A stretch of 64,000 nucleotides of DNA, taken from IMG/VR virus record IMGVR_UViG_3300049489_000993, positions 25,457 to 89,456 of that record; one strand, given 5' to 3'. The DNA comes from a virus. The notes below the pieces were generated by a model. It was not told where the DNA came from and searched no databases. It saw only the letters and a program-made list of their open reading frames with translations. The position numbers and the translations under genes are program-made. This document shows, piece after piece, positions 36,655-46,700 of this stretch (within the stretch, counting starts at the first letter, position 1; each line of letters starts with the position of its first letter).

Positions 36655-37751
36655 GGGGTAGCCTTCCACAGTAGGAGCTTGGGCGGTTCCGTCCAGCGTT
36701 TGCGGCGAGGGCTCTTGGGGACATCTTCGGCGGTCGCGGACGCCGGTGGGTGGAATGTGCCTATGGGCTCGCCGACTTTGAGCCCGGTGCTGTGGCCGGC
36801 GCGCTTGCGCCCGGCTTGGACCGATTGCCCTTTGGGGAGCATGCGGGCGCCGCGGCCTTCGCTCTTGGCGGTCTCTGCTTCGTCCTCGCTCTCGGCGGGG
36901 GCTTCTGGTACTAGCTCACCATTGAGCCAGCGTAACCCCTTGGAAACGCTCACCATTTCGCAGGCACACCAAGGATGAACTCCCTCAACCGTGGCGCGCA
37001 GGTTCTTGCCCTTGCGCCCGACATTGGAGCCGTGGGCACGCAGCTCGCCGATCGTGAAGATGCGTGGGTTGCCGTTGGCGTCCAGGTACGCGGCTCGGCA
37101 CGCGCTACAGGCCCCTGGGGAAGGGATCTTGCTCACGCCCGCCCCGGAGCCGCCCCGTTTCTCGATCGTGGCTGCAATGCCTTCCTGCATCGCGTTGTTG
37201 ACCTCCGTGGTGGCGATGCGCTGCCAGTCGCGAGTCCAGTTGCCCATGGAGTGCCCGAGGTCGCTCTTGAGCTGCTCGATGGTTTCGCGTTTGGCGATGG
37301 CGGCGGCGGTCTTGTCGCGGATGATCTCTACCATCCGCTCCGGCGTGAGGTTGGCCTCGGCGCCGGTGACCTCGGCCATGACCTGCCCGGCGACGCGCGC
37401 GCCGAGCCCGACCACGTACTGCCCCGCGTGCTTCTGCGCCATGTCGACCGAGGCGCGCTCTTGCTCTGACAGGGCGAGCGGGAGCTTGTTCTCCGCAACG
37501 AGCTGGGCGACCTCGGCGACGGTCTTGGTGGCGAGCTTGGGGTCACGCAGGATGGCCAAGAGCTGCCCATAGGCGAAGGGGTCTCGGATCAAGTCCTCGG
37601 AGGAGGGCACCTTGATGCCGGCGGCTTGGAGGTCTTTCAGGAGATCGGGCGGGAGCGAGCGTGCGCCGAATACGGCGAGGGCGATGGCGGCGTGGTGGCG
37701 GGCAATGGTCGCGCGCACCCGTTCGAGTTGTTCCGCCGACCACAAGGGCAT
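36651..37751 (-). CDS. Head morphogenesis protein (Mu gpF / SPP1 gp7-like)
   Basis: RDWQRIATTEVNNAMQEG...ACSAC...HPWCAC motif. Confidence 0.8.
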   Translation of the reverse strand: MPLWSAEQLERVRATIARHHAAIALAVFGARSLPPDLLKDLQAAGIKVPSSEDLIRDPFAYGQLLAILRDPKLATKTVAEVAQLVAENKLPLALSEQERASVDMAQKHAGQYVVGLGARVAGQVMAEVTGAEANLTPERMVEIIRDKTAAAIAKRETIEQLKSDLGHSMGNWTRDWQRIATTEVNNAMQEGIAATIEKRGGSGAGVSKIPSPGACSACRAAYLDANGNPRIFTIGELRAHGSNVGRKGKNLRATVEGVHPWCACEMVSVSKGLRWLNGELVPEAPAESEDEAETAKSEGRGARMLPKGQSVQAGRKRAGHSTGLKVGEPIGTFHPPASATAEDVPKSPRRKRWTEPPKLLLWKATP

Positions 37752-37778
37752 TTGGCGCGCTCCCAGCCGCTTTGTGGG

Positions 37779-38042
37779 CTACTCGGCGAGGATCTTCGCG
37801 ATGTCGTCCACCATGCGGCCCAGCATGGTCTCGTACAGGGCCGCGCTTCGATCGACGAGGGTTTGTGGCATGCGATGGCGCAGGCGCTTGGGCTCGCGCT
37901 CAGCCTTCTCGATCGCGCCGTGGTCGCCATGCCCATGGACGTCGACGCCGAGATGGCACGCAACGGCGGCAACGAGCTTCGCCCGCACACCGAGGTTGCC
38001 CTCAGTGCCGGGCGGCAGTTCGATCGTGACGCGCGCCTGCAT
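37779..38042 (-). CDS. Small head-associated protein
   Basis: 87 aa with IEKA motif, upstream of gpF-like gene. Confidence 0.55.
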   Translation of the reverse strand: MQARVTIELPPGTEGNLGVRAKLVAAVACHLGVDVHGHGDHGAIEKAEREPKRLRHRMPQTLVDRSAALYETMLGRMVDDIAKILAE

Positions 38043-38051
38043 GGCGCCTGG

Positions 38052-38468
38052 CTACGCGTACCGCTTGGCGATACGCGCTTCCACCGAGAGGTCAGCAACG
38101 GCGGTGGCCACCGTGCCGGTCTCGACGGTAATGACGTCGCCCGCGACGATGCTCGCGACGGCGTCTGAGAGCGGGAGCGCGATCTTGACGGTCCCGTCGG
38201 CGTCCGCGTTGTCGATGGACGCGACCGCGGCAAGAATCGAACTTCCGTTCTTCTTGACGTCGATCACGGTCGCCGATGCCGAGCCGCAATCGCGAGCGCG
38301 CACGACGACCTCCCTGAAGGCCAGCGGGCCACGAGCGACCATGGCGAACAGGATGTCGCTGGCCGACGGCGCCGTCTTCTCGTGCAACATGATGCTCTCC
38401 GAGAAGTCTTCGGCGCCTTGCACAGAATCAGCGTGCTCGGCGGGGGTGAGGGTGGTTTTCAGGGCCAT
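38052..38468 (-). CDS. Hypothetical beta-rich structural protein
   Basis: AAGGAG SD before ATG 38468; TVIDVKKNGSSIL...IVAGDVITVE. Confidence 0.6.
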   Translation of the reverse strand: MALKTTLTPAEHADSVQGAEDFSESIMLHEKTAPSASDILFAMVARGPLAFREVVVRARDCGSASATVIDVKKNGSSILAAVASIDNADADGTVKIALPLSDAVASIVAGDVITVETGTVATAVADLSVEARIAKRYA

Positions 38469-38511
38469 GTCTGCGTCTCCTTTGTGACGTGTGTGTTCTG
38501 CGATCCAGCCG

Positions 38512-38889
38512 CTACACGCCCGCCACGGCATATAGCACGAGCGCATCGGCTGCGCCGGGGTTCGAGAGCAAGACCTGGGTCGCGGCGCCTTCGAGGTGAA
38601 ACACCCCGCGGCCACCCGGTCCCTTTTTCAGTTGGATCACCTGGGATCCGCCATTGAGCTTCAAGGTGAGGTCTTGGTCGAAGAGGATGAACAGGAACCC
38701 GGCCGTTGTGACGCCGCCAAACGGGAGCGCGATGTCGACGGCCGCGGCGGCCACTTTCAGGGCGCCGTCATTCTCCTCGGCGACCACGGCGGCGGTGTCT
38801 TCCACGCGCGCGAACGTGTTGTCGAACAGCTTTTCGGCGCCGGCCGCGTCGTTCGTCACGAGAAGTTGGATCGACCGCAGGAGCTTCAC
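38512..38889 (-). CDS. Hypothetical structural protein
   Basis: 125 aa; GTG overlaps portal TGA. Confidence 0.6.
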   Translation of the reverse strand: MKLLRSIQLLVTNDAAGAEKLFDNTFARVEDTAAVVAEENDGALKVAAAAVDIALPFGGVTTAGFLFILFDQDLTLKLNGGSQVIQLKKGPGGRGVFHLEGAATQVLLSNPGAADALVLYAVAGV

Positions 38890-40619
38890 ACGTCCACCAA
38901 GATCGTCATGGCCCGCGCCTGTTGCGGGGAGAGCCCAAACGACTTCTGAACGCCATCGTCCTCGGCGCCTGGTTCTTGGTCAACCTCCCGATCCGCGGCG
39001 CCCGCGTTGCCCTCTGAGTCGTCCTGGGAGCCGTCTTCACTGTCACCGAGCTGGCCTTGGTCCATATTGGGCGAGCCGGGGATGCCCATGCCCATCCCGC
39101 CCGCGCCCTGTTGGGCGGCTTGCTCGCGAGCTTGTGCCCATTGAATCCACGTCGGATTCAGGATGACGTCGCCCTGATCTTTGGGAAGCGGTTGCAGGCC
39201 CCGCTCTTTGCGCGCCTCGTTCACGGTCTTGACCGAGGAGACTTCTTTGGCTTGCAGCTCGATCAACGCTTCCGCATCGCGGGCGTTGATACCTGCGAAC
39301 TCGAGCTTGAACCGGTCATCCAAGTGTCGAACGACCTTGTCGTTCATCTGCTCTACGAAGAACTTGGCCAGCGGAACGAGGCCCTTGTCGCGTGAGTATT
39401 TGAGCTTCGATTCCTGCGAGCCCTCACTCATGGAGGACGATTGCCCGGTGTTGCCGAACTGAAAGCCGATCTCCTCGGGGGCGATTTGGTAGACGGCGCA
39501 ACTGACTTTCAGGAGCCAATCAATCCATCCTGAAAACTCCATGTCCCGGTTGCTCTGCTGCATGTTGATCCATTGAACGTCCTCAGCGTTCAACACGGGA
39601 GTGCGAAAAGCGTTCTGCACGCCGGTGATCATCGAGTACCAGTTACGCCGAAATGCAATCAGCTCCTTCTCGGGCACCGCGCCTTTGAAGTTGAGAAGGC
39701 CCTTGGCCACGCTGCCCTGCGTGAAAAACTTGGCGTTGTAGTCGACGCCCCATAGCATCGCGGTAACGATCGTAATGAGCGTTTCTAGCTCGCTCTGCCC
39801 ATAGCCGCTGTAGCGGATGTCGCTGCGGGGGTTGCGCACGCCGAAGATGAGGTCTTCCTCGGTGAACTCGGCGATGATCGTGTTGTCGTAGACCTGCACG
39901 TATTGGATCGAGTCGTCGATGTAATCGACCTCGTCAAGAGTGTCAGAAATACGAATGGTGCTGGCGTCGAGCGCGCGCCAGTAAGCGGGGTATTCGCCGT
40001 CCTTTGACTGTATGATTTCAGCGCAAAACTGATCGTAGACCATGCTGTCGTAGACGCTCTTGCGGATGAAAGCGCCAAAGCGGTCGCGCTTGATCTTCAG
40101 CTCGGGATGCCCGCAGGAGACAATCCAGCGCGAGATTTCGTCGGCGCGTTTTTGGAGCTTGGCGGACATCTCGGCGCGGCGGTCTTTCAAGACCACCTTG
40201 AACCCCACACCGTGCTCGTCGGGTTGTGGGTCGGCGAAGGCCGCCATTTGGTTCAGACGGGTCTGAACGATCGCCATGATGGGCGTGCATCGGCGGGCCA
40301 TCTCGTTGAGCGTGCGGAACGTGATGGCGGTGGGGCGCTCGCGAAAGCCCATTTGGTCGAGGGCGGTGAAGGGGTCGTAAAGCAGGCCCTTGGGGTCTTG
40401 GGCGATGTTCTGGGAGAGCTTGGCGCGCTTGTCTCCGTCGGCCTCTGCGGACTTGGCGAGCTGGCCGAGGATGGTGGGGCCGAGGTGTCGATGTACCTCG
40501 GCGTCCACGAGGCGCCCCACTAGCTCGCCGGTGGCGTCGTGAATGGCTTGTGGCAGGCGGGATTCAAAGCTCTTGGCGATGAGAGCTTGGATCTCCTCAG
40601 GCTTGGCCAACTCCTTCAC
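38886..40619 (-). CDS. Portal protein
   Basis: ALDASTIR, YVQVYD, IFGVRNPRSD..YSGYGQSELE, FFTQGSVAKGLL, DMEF, YQIAPEEIGF, KTVNEARKERGLQP. Confidence 0.9.
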   Translation of the reverse strand: MKELAKPEEIQALIAKSFESRLPQAIHDATGELVGRLVDAEVHRHLGPTILGQLAKSAEADGDKRAKLSQNIAQDPKGLLYDPFTALDQMGFRERPTAITFRTLNEMARRCTPIMAIVQTRLNQMAAFADPQPDEHGVGFKVVLKDRRAEMSAKLQKRADEISRWIVSCGHPELKIKRDRFGAFIRKSVYDSMVYDQFCAEIIQSKDGEYPAYWRALDASTIRISDTLDEVDYIDDSIQYVQVYDNTIIAEFTEEDLIFGVRNPRSDIRYSGYGQSELETLITIVTAMLWGVDYNAKFFTQGSVAKGLLNFKGAVPEKELIAFRRNWYSMITGVQNAFRTPVLNAEDVQWINMQQSNRDMEFSGWIDWLLKVSCAVYQIAPEEIGFQFGNTGQSSSMSEGSQESKLKYSRDKGLVPLAKFFVEQMNDKVVRHLDDRFKLEFAGINARDAEALIELQAKEVSSVKTVNEARKERGLQPLPKDQGDVILNPTWIQWAQAREQAAQQGAGGMGMGIPGSPNMDQGQLGDSEDGSQDDSEGNAGAADREVDQEPGAEDDGVQKSFGLSPQQARAMTILVDV

Positions 40620-40627
40620 GCGGTACC

Positions 40628-43600
40628 TCAGTCGTCAGAGCGCGCAGCGTACAGCACGACGGCGGATGCGGGCCGGCGAATCGTCGCCCGTGTCACCAAA
40701 GGGGGTGCGGGCGCATCGACGCTCACGAAGCGTTCTGTGGAGCGGAGAGTAGGTCGCGCGGTGGCGTCGTGGGCTGTGCGGTCGATGGCGAGGGCGTCCC
40801 AGACACCAGACTTGGGCGGTGGGCCGGCTTGGCGGTCGTGTCCGACGTAGGTCACCGGGGCTTGGATCGGAGCCTCACTCTTCACCACGACGCCCGGTTT
40901 CTTGGCGGCCTTCTTGGGAGTCGGGGCAGCCTTGTGCATCTGCGCGCCGCAGCCTTTGCAGAGGTCGTCGCCGGCCTTGCACGCCTTGCCGTACGAGGGG
41001 CAGGACGGCGCGGCGGCCTTCAAGAGATCGAGCGCCTCTGCGTGCGCGGATTTGCCCATCGTGTTGACCAGTGCTTGGCGCGCATCGCGGTGTGAAACTG
41101 CGGCGTGTATACCCTTCGCATCTCCATTGGCATGAGCGAGCAATGCCTCGACCACCGATTCCGGCGCTGTGCCCTCTAGGTCACGCCACAACGATCCGGT
41201 GGTCCACGGTCCCTCGCGCATACGCGCGGTCGCCGTATCGAGCGCCGCTAGCTCGGCCGTGTCGTTCTCAGCTCGCGCCGTCGCGCGGAAGGTATCGAGG
41301 GCCCGCACCGTCGCCGCGCGGAGACGCTCAGCGCGCTGCAAGATCACCGCCGAACGTCCATAGCGATCGTCTACAGACTGTAGGGGGGACAGGGTACCGG
41401 CTACCTTGGATTCCTGCGGGGCTGGGGGTGTCGTAATCTGCTCCGCGGCGGCCTGTGCTGCCGCCCTGCTCTCATGTTCGACCGCGCGATCAGCAAACGG
41501 CTGCGAATGCTTCATGCCCCCGGTCGAGCCCGCGGCTTCCGGGTGGTTGAACGCCTTTTCCGCCTTGCGGTGCTCCTTCGCTGCCGCCGCGTGGTCCGCC
41601 GGTGCGCCGCTCGCGTTCGCCTTCACCGACGCCGACATCGCGATCTTCGCCTGCTCGTGCGCGGCGCCCCGATGGTGCTCGCCAGCGGCGAGGTCATGCT
41701 TCGTCGCCGCCGCCGCATGCTTCTTCGCCAACCGCTTGTCCCCGGCGTCGGTTGCGTGAAGGGCGGCCGTCTGGTGCGTATTGCGGGCGTCTTCGTGGGC
41801 GTAGGCCGCATCTTTGTGCGCGGCATGCGGGTCCATCGTCGGCGTAATGCCCTCGCCTGCTTGGCGGTTGGACGTCGCCACGGCGGTGTGTGCGTAGTCG
41901 TCGGCGTAGGCGGCGCCCCCCGATTTTGAATCAGCGGCGATGCCATATGCCTTCGCCTTCTGCTTTGCGACCTTCGCTTTGTTCTCCTCGATCTTCGCAG
42001 CGAGCGAGCCCTTCGCCGGCGAGCCGTCCGGGTTCGTGTTGGGCTTGAGCTTCATCTTCTTGCGCGAGGCGTTGTACGCAAGGTGCGCGTCAAGGGCCTC
42101 CTGCGACGCGGATTTCCCCTTCGGGGCGTCCTGCGCGTCGGGCTTCCCTGCGGAGCGCATGTGATTATGGGCCTCTGCCACTCCCCGGTGTTCCTGCGCG
42201 CCGTTGAGCGCCGCTGTACGGTCGTGGGGAGTGACGCCAGGCTGCTTGGCGATGGCCTCGTGGGTCATCTCGGCGTCTTTGTGCGCGGCGAACGCCTTGG
42301 TGTGATCGGCGGCGCTACCGGACGCCGACGCAGTCGCGGACGCCGCGTGCGCTGCCTCTCGCTGCGTGCGGGCGCGGTCTTTCAGCTCGGCGGTGAACGC
42401 CGCCTGGCCCTGCGCCCTCTTGACCATGTCTTCGTTCGCATAGCCGGTGTGCTTGTTCGCTTTCTTCTCGTGAAGCTCGGCGGCGCCGGGAAGGCTCGCC
42501 TCGCGCGCGCGGGATGCGGCTTCCTCGTGGGCCTTGGCGGCGTCTTGGTGCTCTTGGGTCGCGGAGCCCGTCTTGCCCGCCTCGCTCGCGTGCGCGTAGG
42601 CGCTCGCTTGCTGCGCCTTCTGCGCCAGCTCCGCATAGGCGTGCTTGGCGATCGCCGTCTTTCCGGCCGATTCATGCGCCAGCGCCTCTTTGCGGCGCCC
42701 CGCGTCGTCGTAGGCACGCGATGCGTCAAAGTGCGCGCGAGCGGCCGTCGCGAAATGATCTTTTGCCCTCCCGAGGTCATCCGCCGACGCGATGTCCGTG
42801 CGCGAGCCGGGGTTGGCGATGGCATTGCCTTCGCCGTGGGCTTCGTGGGCCACCTTCGCGTGCGTATCGCCTGTCGGCTTGGCCGCGGCTTCACGGCGCA
42901 TGACCTCGGGATTGAGCTTGTACGCCGTGGCGTGGTGATCGTCCGAAGCTTCCTTGTGGAGCCGCTTGGCCTTCTCGTCTCCCGCGGCCTGCGCCTCGAC
43001 CATCGCATCGGTGTGTGCGTGCCCGGCTGCGGCGTGTGCCTCGTGTGACGGGTGCAATGCGGCGGCGTTCGAGGCCACCACTGCGGCTTGTGCGGTGCGC
43101 TCGTAGGCGGAACCGCGAGGTCCACCCTTTGGAGCCGCGTAGGTATATTTGTAGTTGCCGGGCACGCCCGTTCGCTTCACGTACGTGTGCGAGCCCGAGC
43201 TTCCGCCGCCACCTTTGCCGCCACCGCCCCCACCGAACAGGCCGAGCTGGGCCGCCTTCAAGAGGTCGGCAGCTTCGTTCGTCAGGGACTTGGCCGTCGA
43301 GCGTTGCTGCAACAGGTACATGAGCGTCTCCACTTCGTCGGCCATCCCCTGGAGTAGGTTTTCCAGCCCTGCGCTTTGGTTCTTGGCGGCAACGTACGCC
43401 GCTTCGACGAGCGCCTTGTACGAGCGCAGCTCGGCGAGCATCGCGATCGGAAACGACGCGGGGTCGCTCGGGGAGGTCATGCTCGCGAGGGCAGCCGAGG
43501 TGGCTTGCGCCTGGCGCGCGGCTTCCACTGACTGTGGCTCGCCGGAGAGCCCCACAAGCTTCTCGGCCAGCGGGTCGATGAAGGAGTAGAGCTTCTCGTA

Positions 43601-43762
43601 CACCCGCTCAAACAGCCCATGATCGGCGTAGAACTGCGCGCCAGCCGTCCGCCAGTGAAGGCTGTGGGCCAGCTCGTACGCAGCCCTCGTGGCCGCCAAG
43701 AGGGCCGAGAGGCCGGGCATCTCTGCCTTGCGCAAGATCGAGAGGGCTTCTGTGGTGCTCAT
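40628..43762 (-). CDS. Large head-module protein: Dps/ferritin-like domain + His/Ala-rich helical repeats + C-terminal Cys cluster
   Basis: AHSLHWRTAGAQFYADHGLFERVYE...IDPLAEK...GLENLLQGMADEVE (Dps-like); repeated HxxAAxAHxxA units; CPSYGKAC...CKGCG. Confidence 0.7.
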   Translation of the reverse strand: MSTTEALSILRKAEMPGLSALLAATRAAYELAHSLHWRTAGAQFYADHGLFERVYEKLYSFIDPLAEKLVGLSGEPQSVEAARQAQATSAALASMTSPSDPASFPIAMLAELRSYKALVEAAYVAAKNQSAGLENLLQGMADEVETLMYLLQQRSTAKSLTNEAADLLKAAQLGLFGGGGGGKGGGGSSGSHTYVKRTGVPGNYKYTYAAPKGGPRGSAYERTAQAAVVASNAAALHPSHEAHAAAGHAHTDAMVEAQAAGDEKAKRLHKEASDDHHATAYKLNPEVMRREAAAKPTGDTHAKVAHEAHGEGNAIANPGSRTDIASADDLGRAKDHFATAARAHFDASRAYDDAGRRKEALAHESAGKTAIAKHAYAELAQKAQQASAYAHASEAGKTGSATQEHQDAAKAHEEAASRAREASLPGAAELHEKKANKHTGYANEDMVKRAQGQAAFTAELKDRARTQREAAHAASATASASGSAADHTKAFAAHKDAEMTHEAIAKQPGVTPHDRTAALNGAQEHRGVAEAHNHMRSAGKPDAQDAPKGKSASQEALDAHLAYNASRKKMKLKPNTNPDGSPAKGSLAAKIEENKAKVAKQKAKAYGIAADSKSGGAAYADDYAHTAVATSNRQAGEGITPTMDPHAAHKDAAYAHEDARNTHQTAALHATDAGDKRLAKKHAAAATKHDLAAGEHHRGAAHEQAKIAMSASVKANASGAPADHAAAAKEHRKAEKAFNHPEAAGSTGGMKHSQPFADRAVEHESRAAAQAAAEQITTPPAPQESKVAGTLSPLQSVDDRYGRSAVILQRAERLRAATVRALDTFRATARAENDTAELAALDTATARMREGPWTTGSLWRDLEGTAPESVVEALLAHANGDAKGIHAAVSHRDARQALVNTMGKSAHAEALDLLKAAAPSCPSYGKACKAGDDLCKGCGAQMHKAAPTPKKAAKKPGVVVKSEAPIQAPVTYVGHDRQAGPPPKSGVWDALAIDRTAHDATARPTLRSTERFVSVDAPAPPLVTRATIRRPASAVVLYAARSDD

Positions 43763-43769
43763 GCGGGAA

Positions 43770-46700
43770 TCATCCTGCTTTTTTCAGATCGAGAACAAGG
43801 CGCGGTCCGCCGGAGAGCGGGCGCGACTCGAGGAAGCGCAAGGCTTTCTCGAGGTGCTTGCCGGCGCGGAGCAGCGAAAAGAACTTGTCGAAGGCCACGT
43901 TGACCCGCTCGCGCTCATCGCCGTCGGGGTACGGCGCTCCTGGCCTGCCGGTCACGCCGTGGACGAGGTAGCTGTTGAAGCGCCCTTGCTCTTTGAGCTT
44001 GTCGAACACGTAGCTCTCGAAGGCGCGCGCCCACATTTCTTTGCTCGAGGACCAATAACGCTTGCTCTTGCCGGAGTCGCGCCCTTGCGCGTCGCGGCTG
44101 AACTCGCTCGCGTCCCAGTTGGTGCGCACATGCGCGTTGTGCTCCTCGGCGATAGCATTGTGCTCGTCGATCGCTTTTGATCGTGCTTCGCCGGTTGTGC
44201 CGGTGATCGCAGCCTTTGCGGCTTCAAGGCGCTTCGCGTTGGCGTCCTTCGTCGCCTTCCACGCAGCGCGAGCGACAACTGGGTCCGGGTGTTTGTGCAT
44301 GGCGTCGTAGACGTCCTTCACAGCCGCGGCGAGGTCGGGCGGTAGTCCTGTCGTGCCCTCGCTGATATAGGGCTCTTTCGCGCCAGCGCGGCTCGACTGC
44401 GTTTCGTGCAAGACGTTGTCGAGGAAGTGCCCCCATTCATGCGCGAGCGAGCCGGCGCCGGCGTTGCGCGTGAGGTTGATCGCCTTTGTGAGCGGCTCGT
44501 AGTGCGCGAGCGCGCCACCGTGTCCGCGTGCGCCAAAGGCGACGCCGAGGCGCCCCTTGAACGACATGTGCTTCGGGTCGATACCGAGTACGTCGGCCAT
44601 GTCGTGGAACGCCATCTCCGCGTGTCGGAGGTGGTGCTCGAGGTCTTTGTCGGAGATCGACTCGCCGCGCTGCACAGCGACGCCGAACGCCGAGCCGAAA
44701 CGGTCCCGGTCGCCGTGCTTGATCTCGACCTTCGGCTTCACGACCTCGGGGCGCTCGGGGACGGTGCGGCGCCACGGCGGGATGCGCGTCTCCTTCGCCT
44801 TGCCAGCGCGAGCCGCGGAGTCCGCGGCCTTCGTCGCGCCGACGTGCGCCCATCCGTCTTCGCCCTTCGCGTCGGCTTCCTTCGCGAGATTGGACGCGTC
44901 TGCGAAGACCTTGCCGTAACCCATGCCGCCCCACGTAGTCCCGTATGGGCCGGCGGCGTAGAAACGGTCGCGGCGGTAGGAGCCCAGACCAGTCTGCACA
45001 GCGAAACGCTGACCGAGGGCGAGGATTGCTTCCTTCGTCGCCGGGTTCTTGTCCTCGACGACGTAGGTCGTCTTGCTGTCCATGTATTCGCTGTTGACGC
45101 TCGCGTGGACACCGTGGGCGATGGCGGCGGCTTGCGCCTCTTCTTTCGTGGCGTAACGGCCCAGCTCTTTGCCCGTGCTCACCATGCGCCGCAAATCGAG
45201 GATGACGCCTTCAACGTCTTTGCGCGTCTTCGCGTTCTGTAAGCTGGCGGCGACGATGCGGATGCCGCGGGCGTAGGCGTCGATGGTCTCGGGCTTGGTG
45301 TCGGCGGGTTTCGGTGCGACGAGCGCGGTCATAGCTTGGATCATGTGTGCCGCGCCCGGCGACACGCCGCGTGTTCGCGCGTCGTCGCTATCGAACGACG
45401 GCATGAGGCTCGCGCGGTTGATCAGGGTCGCCGCGGCTTCGTGCGACAGCTCGCCCAAGCGACCTTGCTCGATCAGCGCCATTGCGTCGCGCTTGTCCTT
45501 CGCGCTGCCCCAAATGTGGCGGCCGTGCGCCCACTCGCGTTGCTTGCTTGTGGTCTCTAGCAGCGCGGTCGCGAGCGTCTTGTCGGAACCGAACGTGGCT
45601 GAACCCTTGGGGGTGAGAAGCTGCTGCCCTTCGGAGAGCACCGGGTCGTCGGCGATCGTTTTTGCGGCTTCCTTCGCCGCAGCGTCCTCGGTGGCCTTGG
45701 GCGCTACCGCCGTCTCCAACGCAGCGAGCTTGGCTCGGTGCTTGGCGCGTACGGCCTCGAACTCAGCCCGAAACTCGGTGCTGGCCCGCGAAGGCTTGAG
45801 CGCTTCGGCTGCCTGTGCGGGCTCAGGAGCACTCTCCTTTGCCGGGGAGGGCGCGGGTGCGGGCGGCGCCACGAAAAGCCCTTGCTGGCGCTTGTCGTCA
45901 CTCAGGGAGGGCTCTTTCGGGGCCGGCTTCTTCTCGAAAGCAGAGGGCGAGAACAGCCCTTGCTGCACCTTGTGGGCGGTGAGTACGAGCGGCGGGGCCG
46001 GCTTCCCCGCAGAAACGGGCGGGGAATCTGCGGGGGCTTTCATCGGCTCTTTGTGCTCGGTGCCGCCCGGCAAGGTGAGCGTGTGCGGCTTCCCGACGAA
46101 CCAACCAGCGGCGATGTCGCCGCCCCCGTCGAGCTTCCAATCATCGCCGGGGCCGTGCTTCGTCGCCGTCATTGGGTGGCCGTTGTACGTCACCTCGATC
46201 TTGGAGCCCGCGGGCGCACCGCGTAGGTCCTCCTTGCTGTGCGACGTCTCCGCGTATTCATAGTCGTAGCCGCCACCTGGCCGCGGCGTGCGCCGGATAT
46301 AGCGGTGGCCGGGCATTTGAGCACCCTTCTCGCCCTTGCGAAGATCCAACCACACGCCACGCTCGCTCGCAGCAAACTTCTCCCCCACATTCGCGCCAAA
46401 GTCGAAAGACGTGTCCCCCCCGTACTCGGGCTCGGCGGCGTCGCTTGCGGCGTGCGCCTTGGGCTTCTCGTACTTGCTCGCCACATCCTCGCGCTCGGCG
46501 TGCTCCTGCACGCGGCGGTCGAACACATGATCTGGCAAGCGTGCGTTCTCGAATCCGGGCGTGTCGCGCAGCTTGGGCAGAATCTTCGCCTCGATGTCGG
46601 CGTAGGTCTTGGCCCCTTTGCTCGCTTCCACGAACGCCTCGAACAGCCCGGAGAACTTCTTCGCTTTGAGCTTGCCGCTTTTGCCTGTGGCCTTTGCGTC

